The position numbers and the translations under genes are program-made. This document shows, piece after piece, positions 29,201 to 43,500 of a stretch of 64,000 bases of DNA. The stretch lies in assembly GCF_009914755.1 (NCBI RefSeq), contig NC_060925.1; one strand, given 5' to 3'. Numbering within the stretch: the first letter of the stretch is position 1; the number at the start of each line of letters is the position of its first letter. Source of the stretch: the human T2T-CHM13v2.0 reference genome, Homo sapiens. Below the pieces are notes generated by a model. It was given only the letters and a program-made list of their open reading frames with translations. It was not told where the DNA came from and ran no database searches.

Positions 29201-32200
29201 ATCAATTGGTATTGAATGGAATTGTCATCAAATGGAATTCAAAGGAATCAATATCAAATGGAACCGAATGGAATCCTCATTGAATGGAAATGAAAGGGGT
29301 CATCATCTAATGGAATCGCATGGAATCATCATCAAATGGAATCGAATGGAATCATCATCAAATGGAATCTAATGGAATCATTGAACAGAATTGAATGGAA
29401 TCGTCATCGAATGAATTGAATGCAATCATCGAATGGTCTCGAATGGAATCATCTTCTAATGGAAAGGAATGGAATCATCGCATAGAATCGAATGGAATTA
29501 TCATCGAATGGAATCGAATGGTATCAACACCAAACGGAAAAAAACGGAATTATCGAATGGAATCGAAGAGAATCTTCGAACGGACCCGAATGGAATCATC
29601 TAATGGAATGGAATGGAATAATCCATGGACTCGAATGCAATCATCATCGAATGGAATCGAATGGAATCATCGAATGGACTCGAATGGAATAATCATTGAA
29701 CGGAATCGAATGGAATCATCATCGGATGGAAACGAATGGAATCATCATCGAATGGAAATGAAAGGAGTCATCATCTAATGGAATTGCATGGAATCATCAT
29801 AAAATGAAATCGAATGGAATCAACATCAAATGGAATCAAATGGAATCATTGAACGGAATTGAATGGAATCGTCATCGAATGAATTGACTGCAATCATCGA
29901 ATGGTCTCGAATGGAATCATCTTCAAATGGAATGGAATGGAATCATCGCATAGAATCGAATGGAATTATCATCGAATGGAATCGAATGGAATCAACATCA
30001 AACGGAAAAAAACGGAATTATCGAATGGAATCGAAGAGAATCATCGAATGGACCCGAATGGAATCATCTAATGGAATGGAATGGAATAATCCATGGACTC
30101 GAATGCAATCATCATCGAATGGAATCGAATGGAATCATCGAATGGACTCGAATGGAATAATCATTGAACGGAATCGAATGGAATCATCATCGGATGGAAA
30201 TGAATGGAATCATCATCGAATGGAATCGAATAGAATTATGGAATGAAATCCAGTGTGATCATCATCGAATGGACCCGAATGGAATCATCATCCAACGGAA
30301 GCTAATGGAATCAACATCGAATGAATCGAATGGAAACACCATCGAATTGAAACGAATGGAATTATCATGAAATTGAAATGGATGGACTCATCATCGAATG
30401 GATTCGAATGGAATCATCGAATAAAAGTGATTGAAATCATCATCGAATGGAATCGAATGGTATCATTGAATGGAATCGAATGGAATCATCATCAGATGGA
30501 AATGAATGGAATCGTCATAGAATGGAATCGAATGGATTCATTGAATGGAATCAGATGGAATCATCGAATGGACTGGAATGGAATCATTGAATGGACTCGA
30601 AAGGGATCATGATTGAATGGAATTGAATGGAATCATCGAATGGTCTCGATTGGAATCATTATTAAATGGAATCGAATGGAATCACCGAATAGAATCGAAT
30701 GGAACAATCATCGAATGGACTCAAATGGAATTATCCTCAAATGGAATCGAATGGAATTATCGAATGCAATCGAATGGAATTATCGAATGCAATCGAATAG
30801 AATCATCAAATGGACTCGAATGGAATCATCGAATGGAATGGAATGGAACAGTCAATGAACACGAATGGAATCATCATTGAATGGAATCGAATGGAATCAT
30901 CGAGTGGAATCGAATGGAATTATGATCAAATGGAATCGAATGTAATCATCATCAAATGGAATCAAAAATAACCATCATCAATTGCTATTGAATGGAATTG
31001 TCATCAAATGGAATTCAAAGGAATCATCATCAAATGGAACCGAATGGAATCCTCATTGAATGGAAATGAAAGGGGTCATCATCTAATGGAATCGCATGGA
31101 ATCATCATCAAATGGAATCGAATGGAATCATCATCAAATGGAATCTAATGGAATCATTGAACAGAATTGAATGGAATCGTCATCGAATGAATTGAATGCA
31201 ATCATCGAATGGTCTCGAATGGAATCATCTTCTAATGGAAAGGAATGGAATCATCGCATAGAATCGAATGGAATTATCATCGAATGGAATCGAATGGTAT
31301 CAACACCAAACGGAAAAAAACGGAATTATCGAATGGAATCGAAGAGAATCTTCGAACGGACCCGAATGGAATCATCTAATGGAATGGAATGGAATAATCC
31401 ATGGACTCGAATGCAATCATCATCGAATGGAATCGAATGGAATCATCGAATGGACTCGAATGGAATAATCATTGAACGGAATCGAATGGAATCATCATCG
31501 GATGGAAACGAATGGAATCATCATCGAATGGAAATGAAAGGAGTCATCATCTAATGCAATTGCATGGAATCATCATCAAATGGAATCGAATGGAATCAAC
31601 ATCAAATGGAATCTAATGGAATCATTGAACAGAATTGAATGGAATCGTCATCGAATGAATTGAATGCAATCATCGAATGGTCTCGAATGGAATCATCTTC
31701 AAATGGAATGGAATGGAATCATCGCATAGAATCGAATGGAATTATCATCGAATGGAATCGAATGGAATCAACATCAAACGGAAAAAAACAGAATTATCGA
31801 ATGGAATCGAAGAGAATCATCGAATGGACCCGAATGGAATCATCTAATGGAATGGAATGGAATAATCCATGGACTCGAATGCAATCATCATCGAATGGAA
31901 TCGAATGGAATCATCGAGTGGACTCGAATGGAATAATCATTGAACGGAATCGAATGGAATCATCATCGGATGGAAATGAATGGAATCATCATCGAATGGA
32001 ATCGAATAGAATTATGGAATGAAATCCAGTGTGATCATCATCGAATGGACCCGAATGGAATCATCATCCAACGGAAGCTAATGGAATCAACATCGAATGA
32101 ATCAAATGGAAACACCATCGAATTGAAACGAATGGAATTATCATGAAATTGAAATGGATGGACTCATCATCGAATGGATTCGAATGGAATCATCGAATAA

Positions 32201-33918
32201 AATTGATTGAAATCATCATCGAATGGAATCGAATGGTATCATTGAATGGAATCGAATGGAATCATCATCAGATGGAAATGAATGGAATCGTCATAGAATG
32301 GAATCGAATGGATTCATTGAATGGAATCAGATGGAATCATCGAATGGACTGGAATGGAATCATTGAATGGACTCGAAAGGGATCATGATTGAATGGAATT
32401 GAATGGAATCATCGAATGGTCTCGATTGGAATCATTATCAAATGGAATCGAATGGAATCACCGAATAGAATCGAATGGAACAATCATCGAATGGACTCAA
32501 ATGGAATTATCCTCCAATGGAATCGAATGGAATTATCGAATGCAATCGAATGGAATTATCGAATGCAATCGAATAGAATCATCGAATGGACTCGAATGGA
32601 ATCATCGAATGGAATGGAATGGAACAGTCAATGAACTCGAATGGAATCATCATTGAATGGAATCGAATGGAATCATCGAGTGGAATCGAATGGAATTATG
32701 ATCAAATGGAATCGAATGTAATCATCATCAAATGGAATCAAAAATAACCATCATCAATTGGTATTGAATGGAATTGTCATCAAATGGAATTCAAAGGAAT
32801 CATCATCAAATGGAACCGAATGGAATCCTCATTGAATGGAAATGAAAGGGGTCATCATCTAATGGAATCGCATGGAATCATCATCAAATGGAATCGAATG
32901 GAATCATCATCAAATGGAATCTAATGGAATCATTGAACAGAATTGAATGGAATCGTCATCGAATGAATTGAATGCAATCATCGAATGGTCTCGAATGGAA
33001 TCATCTTCTAATGGAAAGGAATGGAATCATCGCATAGAATCGAATGGAATTATCATCGAATGGAATCGAATGGTATCAACACCAAACGGAAAAAAACGGA
33101 ATTATCGAATGGAATCGAAGAGAATCTTCGAACGGACCCGAATGGAATCATCTAATGGACTGGAATGGAATAATCCATGGACTCGAATGCAATCATCATC
33201 GAATGGAATCGAATGGAATCATCGAATGGACTCGAATGGAATAATCATTGAACGGAATCGAATGGAATCATCATCGGATGGAAACGAATGGAATCATCAT
33301 CGAATGGAAATGAAAGGAGTCATCATCTAATGGAATTGCATGGAATCATCATAAAATGGAATCGAATGGAATCAACATCAAATCGAATCAAACGGAATCA
33401 TTGAACGGAATTGAATGGAATCGTCATCGAATGAATTGACTGCAATCATCGAATGGTCTCGAATGGAATCATCTTCAAATGGAATGGAATGGAATCATCG
33501 CATAGAATCGAATGGAATTATCATCGAATGGAATCGAATGGAATCAACATCAAACGGAAAAAAACGGAATTATCGAATGGAATCGAAGAGAATCATCGAA
33601 TGGACCCGAATGGAATCATCTAATGGAATGGAATGGAATAATCCATGGACTCGAATGCAATCATCATCGAATGGAATCGAATGGAATCATCGAATGGACT
33701 CGAATGGAATAATCATTGAACGGAATCGAATGGAATCATCATCGGATGGAAATGAATGGAATCATCATCGAATGGAATCGAATAGAATTATGGAATGAAA
33801 TCCAGTGTGATCATCATCGAATGGACCCGAATGGAATCATCATCCAACGGAAGCTAATGGAATCAACATCGAATGAATCGAATGGAAACACCATCGAATT
33901 GAAACGAATGGAATTATC
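23263..33918. repeat. Second three-unit tandem duplication, period 5328 bp (U14-16 = U17-19)
   Basis: Shared private variants: TTATTAAATG (~25331/30659), AATGCAATTGCA (~26225/31553), AAAAAAACAGAA (~26454/31782), CGAGTGGACTC (~26587/31915), GGACTGGAATGGAATAAT (~27829/33157), CAAATCGAATCAAACGG (~28051/33379). Confidence 0.88.
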
Positions 33919-34599
33919 ATGAAATTGAAATGGATGGACTCATCATCGAATGGATTCGAATGGAATCATCGAATAAAATTGATTGAAATCATCATCCAAT
34001 GGAATCGAATGGTATCATTGAATGGAATCGAATGGAATCATCATCAGATGGAAATGAATGGAATCGTCATAGAATGGAATCGAATGGATTCATTGAATGG
34101 AATCAGATGGAATCATCGAATGGACTGGAATGGAATCATTGAATGGACTCGAAAGGGATCATGATTGAATGGAATTGAATGGAATCATCGAATGGTCTCG
34201 ATTGGAATCATTATCAAATGGAATCGAATGGAATCACCGAATAGAATCGAATGGAACAATCATCGAATGGACTCAAATGGAATTATCCTCAAATGGAATC
34301 GAATGGAATTATCGAATGCAATCCAATGGAATTATCGAATGCAATCGAATAGAATCATCGAATGGACTCGAATGGAATCATCGAATGGAATGGAATGGAA
34401 CAGTCAATGAACTCGAATGGAATCATCATTGAATGGAATCGAATGGAATCATCGAGTGGAATCGAATGGAATTATGATCAAATGGAATCGAATGTAATCA
34501 TCATCAAATGGAATCAAAAATAACCATCATCAATTGGTATTGAATGGAATTGTCATCAAATGGAATTCAAAGGAATCATCATCAAATGGAACCGAATGG

Positions 34600-37500
34600 A
34601 ATCCTCATTGAATGGAAATGAAAGGGGTCATCATCTAATGGAATCGCATGGAATCATCATCAAATGGAATCGAATGGAATCATCATCAAATGGAATCTAA
34701 TGGAATCATTGAACAGAATTGAATGGAATCGTCATCGAATGAATTGAATGCAATCATCGAATGGTCTCGAATGGAATCATCTTCTAATGGAAAGGAATGG
34801 AATCATCGCATAGAATTGAATGGAATTATCATCGAATGGAATCGAATGGTGTCAACACCAAACGGAAAAAAACGGAATTATCGAATGGAATCGAAGAGAA
34901 TCTTCGAACGGACCCGAATGGAATCATCTAATGGAATGGAATGGAATAATCCATGTACTCGAATGCAATCATCATCGAATGGAATCGAATGGAATCATCG
35001 AATGGACTCGAATGGAATAATCATTGAACGGAATCGAATGGAATCATCATCGGATGGAAACGAATGGAATCATCATCGAATGGAAATGAAAGGAGTCATC
35101 ATCTAATGGAATTGCATGGAATCATCATAAAATGGAATCGAATGGAATCAACATCAAATGGAATCAAATGGAATCATTGAACGGAATTGAATGGAATCGT
35201 CATCGAATGAATTGAATGCAATCATCGAATGGTCTCGAATGGAATCATCTTCAAATGGAATGGAATGGAATCATCGCATAGAATCAAATGGAATTATCAT
35301 CGAATGGAATCGAATGGAATCAACATCAAACGGAAAAAAACGGAATTATCGAATGGAATCGAAGAGAATCATCAAATGGACCCGAATGGAATCACCTAAT
35401 GGAATGGAATGGAATAATCCATGGACTCGAATGCAATCATCATCGAATGGAATCGAATGGAATCATCGAATGGACTCGAATGGAATAATCATTGAACGGA
35501 ATCGAATGGAATCATCATCGGATGGAAATGAATGGAATCATCATCGAATGGAATCGAATAGAATTATGGAATGAAATCCAGTGTGATCATCATCGAATGG
35601 ACCCGAATGGAATCATCATCCAACGGAAGCTAATGGAATCAACATCGAATGAATCGAATGGAAACACCATCGAATTGAAACGAATGGAATTATCATGAAA
35701 TTGAAATGGATGGACTCATCATCGAATGGATTCGAATGGAGTCATCGAATAAAATTGATTGAAATCATCATCCAATGGAATCGAATGGTATCATTGAATG
35801 GAATCGAATGGAATCATCATCAGATGGAAATGAATGGAATCGTCATAGAATGGAATCGAATGGATTCATTGAATGGAATCAGATGGAATCATCGAATGGA
35901 CTGGAATGGAATCATTGAATGGACTCGAAAGGGATCATGATTGAATGGAATTGAATGGAATCATCGAATGGTCTCGATTGGAATCATTATCAAATGGAAT
36001 CGAATGGAATCACCGAATAGAATCGAATGGAACAATCATCGAATGGACTCAAATGGAATTATCCTCAAATGGAATCGAATGGAATTATCGAATGCAATCC
36101 AATGGAATTATCGAATGCAATCGAATAGAATCATCGAATGGACTCGAATGGAATCATCGAATGGAATGGAATGGAACAGTCAATGAACTCGAATGGAATC
36201 ATCATTGAATGGAATCGAATGGAATCATCGAGTGGAATCGAATGGAATTATGATCAAATGGAATCGAATGTAATCATCATCAAATGGAATCAAAAATAAC
36301 CATCATCAATTGGTATTGAATGGAATTGTCATCAAATGGAATTCAAAGGAATCATCATCAAATGGAACCGAATGGAATCCTCATTGAATGGAAATGAAAG
36401 GGGTCATCATCTAATGGAATCGCATGGAATCATCATCAAATGGAATCGAATGGAATCATCATCAAATGGAATCTAATGGAATCATTGAACAGAATTGAAT
36501 GGAATCGTCATCGAATGAATTGAATGCAATCATCGAATGGTCTCGAATGGAATCATCTTCTAATGGAAAGGAATGGAATCATCGCATAGAATCGAATGGA
36601 ATTATCATCGAATGGAATCGAATGGTATCAACAGCAAACGGAAAAAAACGGAGTTATCGAATGGAATCGAAGAGAATCTTCGAACGGACCCGAATGGAAT
36701 CATCTAATGGAATGGAATGGAATAATCCATGGACTCGAATGCAATCATCATCGAATGGAATCGAATGGAATCATCGAATGGACTCGAATGGAATAATCAT
36801 TGAACGGAATCGAATGGAATCATCATCGGATGGAAACGAATGGAATCATCATCGAATGGAAATGAAAGGAGTCATCATCTAATGGAATTGCATGGAATCA
36901 TCATAAAATGGAATCGAATGGAATCAACATCAAATGGAATCAAATGGAATCATTGAACGGAATTGAATGGAATCGTCATCGAATGAATTGAATGCAATCA
37001 TCGAATGGTCTCGAATGGAATCATCTTCTAATGGAAAGGAATGGAATCATCGCATAGAATCGAATGGAATTATCATCGAATGGAATCGAATGGTATCAAC
37101 AGCAAACGGAAAAAAACGGAGTTATCGAATGGAATCGAAGAGAATCTTCGAACGGACCCGAATGGAATCATCTAATGGAATGGAATGGAATAATCCATGG
37201 ACTCGAATGCAATCATCATCGAATGGAATCGAATGGAATCATCGAATGGACTCGAATGGAATAATCATTGAACGGAATCGAATGGAATCATCATCGGATG
37301 GAAATGAATGGAATCATCATCAAATGGAATCGAATAGAATTATGGAATGAAATCCAGTGTGATCATCATCGAATGGACCCGAATGGAATCATCATCCAAC
37401 GGAAGCTAATGGAATCAACATCGAATGAATCGAATGGAAACACCATCGAATTGAAACGAATGGAATTATCATGAAATTGAAATGGATGGACTCATCATCG

Positions 37501-40500
37501 AATGGATTCGAATGGAATCATCGAATAAAATTGATTGAAATCATCATCGAATGGAATCGAATGGTATCATTGAATGGAATCGAATGGAATCATCATCAGA
37601 TGGAAATGAATGGAATCGTCATAGAATGGAATCGAATGGATTCATTGAATGGAATCAGATGGAATCATCGAATGGACTGGAATGGAATCATTGAATGGAC
37701 TCGAAAGGGATCATGATTGAATGGAATTGAATGGAATCATCGAATGGTCTCGATTGGAATCATTATCAAATGGAATCGAATGGAATCACCGAATAGAATC
37801 GAATGGAACAATCATCGAATGGACTCAAATGGAATTATCCTCAAATGGAATCGAATGGAATTATCGAATGCAATCGAATGGAATTATCGAATGCAATCGA
37901 ATAGAATCATCGAAAGGACTCGAATGGAATCATCGAATGGAATGGAATGGAACAGTCAATGAACTCGAATGGAATCATCATTGAATGGAATCGAATGGAA
38001 TCATCGAGTGGAATCGAATGGAATTATGATCAAATGGAATCGAATGTAATCATCATCAAATGGAATCAAAAATAACCATCATCAATTGGTATTGAATGGA
38101 ATTGTCATCAAATGGAATTCAAAGGAATCATCATCAAATGGAACCGAATGGAATCCTCATTGAATGGAAATGAAAGGGGTCATCATCTAATGGAATCGCA
38201 TGGAATCATCATCAAATGGAATCGAATGGAATCATCATCAAATGGAATCTAATGGAATCATTGAACAGAATTGAATGGAATCGTCATCGAATGAATTGAA
38301 TGCAATCATCGAATGGTCTCGAATGGAATCATCTTCTAATGGAAAGGAATGGAATCATCGCATAGAATCGAATGGAATTATCATCGAATGGAATCGAATG
38401 GTATCAACACCAAACGGAAAAAAACGGAATTATCGAATGGAATCGAAGAGAATCTTCGAACGGACCCGAATGGAATCATCTAATGGAATGGAATGGAATA
38501 ATCCATGGACTCGAATGCAATCATCATCGAATGGAATGGAATGGAATCATCGAATGGACTCGAATGGAATAATCATTGAACGGAATCGAATGGAATCATC
38601 ATCGGATGGAAATGAATGGAATCATCATCGAATGGAATCGAATAGAATTATGGAATGAAATCCAGTGTGATCATCATCGAATGGACCCGAATGGAATCAT
38701 CATCCAACGGAAGCTAATGGAATCAACATCGAATGAATCGAATGGAAACACCATCGAATTGAAACGAATGGAATTATCATGAAATTGAAATGGATGGACT
38801 CATCATCGAATGGATTCGAATGGAATCATCGAATAAAATTGATTAAAATCATCATCCAATGGAATCGAATGGTATCATTGAATGGAATCGAATGGAATCA
38901 TCATCAGATGGAAATGAATGGAATCGTCATAGAATGGAATCGAATGGATTCATTGAATGGAATCAGATGGAATCATCGAATGGACTGGAATGGAATCATT
39001 GAATGGACTCGAAAGGGATCATTATTGAATGGAATTGAATGGAATCATCGAATGGTCTCGATTGGAATCATTACCAAATGGAATCGAATGGAATCACCGA
39101 ATAGAATCGAATGGAACAATCATCGAATGGACTCAAATGGAATTATCCTCCAATGGAATCGAATGGAATTATCGAATGCAATCGAATGGAATTATCGAAT
39201 GCAATCGAATAGAATCATCGAATGGACTCGAATGGAATCATCGAATGGAATGGAATGGAACAGTCAATGAACTCGAATGGAATCATCATTGAATGGAATC
39301 GAATGGAATCATCGAGTGGAATCGAATGGAATTATGATCAAATGGAATCGAATGTAATCATCATCAAATGGAATCAAAAATAACCATCATCAATTGATAT
39401 TGAATGGAATTGTCATCAAATGGAATTCAAAGGAATCATCATCAAATGGAACCGAATGGAATCCTCATTGAATGGAAATGAAAGGGGTCATCATCTAATG
39501 GAATCGCATGGAATCATCATCAAATGGAATCGAATGGAATCATCATCAAATGGAATCTAATGGAATCATTGAACAGAATTGAATGGAATCGTCATCGAAT
39601 GAATTGAATGCAATCATCGAATGGTCTCGAATGGAATCATCTTCTAATGGAAAGGAATGGAATCATCGCATAGAATTGAATGGAATTATCATCGAATGGA
39701 ATCGAATGGTGTCAACACCAAACGGAAAAAAACGGAATTATCGAATGGAATCGAAGAGAATCTTCGAACGGACCCGAATGGAATCATCTAATGGAATGGA
39801 ATGGAATAATCCATGTACTCGAATGCAATCATCATCGAATGGAATCGAATGGAATCATCGAATGGACTCGAATGGAATAATCATTGAACGGAATCGAATG
39901 GAATCATCATCGGATGGAAACGAATGGAATCATCATCGAATGGAAATGAAAGGAGTCATCATCTAATGGAATTGCATGGAATCATCATAAAATGGAATCG
40001 AATGGAATCAACATCAAATGGAATCAAATGGAATCATTGAACGGAATTGAATGGAATCGTCATCGAATGAATTGAATGCAATCATCGAATGGTCTCGAAT
40101 GGAATCATCTTCAAATGGAATGGAATGGAATCATCGCATAGAATCAAATGGAATTATCATCGAATGGAATCGAATGGAATCAACATCAAACGGAAAAAAA
40201 CGGAATTATCGAATGGAATCGAAGAGAATCATCGAATGGACCCGAATGGAATCACCTAATGGAATGGAATGGAATAATCCATGGACTCGAATGCAATCAT
40301 CATCGAATGGAATCGAATGGAATCATCGAATGGACTCGAATGGAATAATCATTGAACGGAATCGAATGGAATCATCATCGGATGGAAATGAATGGAATCA
40401 TCATCGAATGGAATCGAATAGAATTATGGAATGAAATCCAGTGTGATCATCATCGAATGGACCCGAATGGAATCATCATCCAACGGAAGCTAATGGAATC

Positions 40501-43500
40501 AACATCGAATGAATCGAATGGAAACACCATCGAATTGAAACGAATGGAATTATCATGAAATTGAAATGGATGGACTCATCATCGAATGGATTCGAATGGA
40601 ATCATCGAATAAAATTGATTGAAATCATCATCCAATGGAATCGAATGGTATCATTGAATGGAATCGAATGGAATCATCATCAGATGGAAATGAATGGAAT
40701 CGTCATAGAATGGAATCGAATGGATTCATTGAATGGAATCAGATGGAATCATCGAATGGACTGGAATGGAATCATTGAATGGACTCGAAAGGGATCATGA
40801 TTGAATGGAATTGAATGGAATCATCGAATGGTCTCGATTGGAATCATTATCAAATGGAATCGAATGGAATCACCGAATAGAATCGAATGGAACAATCATC
40901 GAATGGACTCAAATGGAATTATCCTCAAATGGAATCGAATGGAATTATCGAATGCAATCCAATGGAATTATCGAATGCAATCGAATAGAATCATCGAATG
41001 GACTCGAATGGAATCATCGAATGGAATGGAATGGAACAGTCAATGAACTCGAATGGAATCATCATTGAATGGAATCGAATGGAATCATCGAGTGGAATCG
41101 AATGGAATTATGATCAAATGGAATCGAATGTAATCATCATCAAATGGAATCAAAAATAACCATCATCAATTGGTATTGAATGGAATTGTCATCAAATGGA
41201 ATTCAAAGGAATCATCATCAAATGGAACCGAATGGAATCCTCATTGAATGGAAATGAAAGGGGTCATCATCTAATGGAATCGCATGGAATCATCATCAAA
41301 TGGAATCGAATGGAATCATCATCAAATGGAATCTAATGGAATCATTGAACAGAATTGAATGGAATCGTCATCGAATGAATTGAATGCAATCATCGAATGG
41401 TCTCGAATGGAATCATCTTCTAATGGAAAGGAATGGAATCATCGCATAGAATCGAATGGAATTATCATCGAATGGAATCGAATGGTATCAACAGCAAACG
41501 GAAAAAAACGGAGTTATCGAATGGAATCGAAGAGAATCTTCGAACGGACCCGAATGGAATCATCTAATGGAATGGAATGGAATAATCCATGGACTCGAAT
41601 GCAATCATCATCGAATGGAATCGAATGGAATCATCGAATGGACTCGAATGGAATAATCATTGAACGGAATCGAATGGAATCATCATCGGATGGAAACGAA
41701 TGGAATCATCATCGAATGGAAATGAAAGGAGTCATCATCTAATGGAATTGCATGGAATCATCATAAAATGGAATCGAATGGAATCAACATCAAATGGAAT
41801 CAAATGGAATCATTGAACGGAATTGAATGGAATCGTCATCGAATGAATTGAATGCAATCATCGAATGGTCTCGAATGGAATCATCTTCTAATGGAAAGGA
41901 ATGGAATCATCGCATAGAATCGAATGGAATTATCATCGAATGGAATCGAATGGTATCAACAGCAAACGGAAAAAAACGGAGTTATCGAATGGAATCGAAG
42001 AGAATCTTCGAACGGACCCGAATGGAATCATCTAATGGAATGGAATGGAATAATCCATGGACTCGAATGCAATCATCATCGAATGGAATCGAATGGAATC
42101 ATCGAATGGACTCGAATGGAATAATCATTGAACGGAATCGAATGGAATCATCATCGGATGGAAATGAATGGAATCATCATCGAATGGAATCGAATAGAAT
42201 TATGGAATGAAATCCAGTGTGATCATCATCGAATGGACCCGAATGGAATCATCATCCAACGGAAGCTAATGGAATCAACATCGAATGAATCGAATGGAAA
42301 CACCATCGAATTGAAACGAATGGAATTATCATGAAATTGAAATGGATGGACTCATCATCGAATGGATTCGAATGGAATCATCGAATAAAATTGATTGAAA
42401 TCATCATCGAATGGAATCGAATGGTATCATTGAATGGAATCGAATGGAATCATCATCAGATGGAAATGAATGGAATCGTCATAGAATGGAATCGAATGGA
42501 TTCATTGAATGGAATCAGATGGAATCATCGAATGGACTGGAATGGAATCATTGAATGGACTCGAAAGGGATCATGATTGAATGGAATTGAATGGAATCAT
42601 CGAATGGTCTCGATTGGAATCATTATCAAATGGAATCGAATGGAATCACCGAATAGAATCGAATGGAACAATCATCGAATGGACTCAAATGGAATTATCC
42701 TCAAATGGAATCGAATGGAATTATCGAATGCAATCGAATGGAATTATCGAATGCAATCGAATAGAATCATCGAAAGGACTCGAATGGAATCATCGAATGG
42801 AATGGAATGGAACAGTCAATGAACTCGAATGGAATCATCATTGAATGGAATCGAATGGAATCATCGAGTGGAATCGAATGGAATTATGATCAAATGGAAT
42901 CGAATGTAATCATCATCAAATGGAATCAAAAATAACCATCATCAATTGGTATTGAATGGAATTGTCATCAAATGGAATTCAAAGGAATCATCATCAAATG
43001 GAACCGAATGGAATCCTCATTGAATGGAAATGAAAGGGGTCATCATCTAATGGAATCGCATGGAATCATCATCAAATGGAATCGAATGGAATCATCATCA
43101 AATGGAATCTAATGGAATCATTGAACAGAATTGAATGGAATCGTCATCGAATGAATTGAATGCAATCATCGAATGGTCTCGAATGGAATCATCTTCTAAT
43201 GGAAAGGAATGGAATCATCGCATAGAATCGAATGGAATTATCATCGAATGGAATCGAATGGTATCAACACCAAACGGAAAAAAACGGAATTATCGAATGG
43301 AATCGAAGAGAATCTTCGAACGGACCCGAATGGAATCATCTAATGGAATGGAATGGAATAATCCATGGACTCGAATGCAATCATCATCGAATGGAATGGA
43401 ATGGAATCATCGAATGGACTCGAATGGAATAATCATTGAACGGAATCGAATGGAATCATCATCGGATGGAAATGAATGGAATCATCATCGAATGGAATCG

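Noticed and set aside
38779-39270. 163-aa read-through ORF variant (also at 157, 43639, 51583, 52891, 57283, 58591, 62143)
   Set aside because: It results from a single TGA/TTA polymorphism (ATCATGATT vs ATCATTATT) that tracks with duplication blocks; there is no evidence of coding selection.
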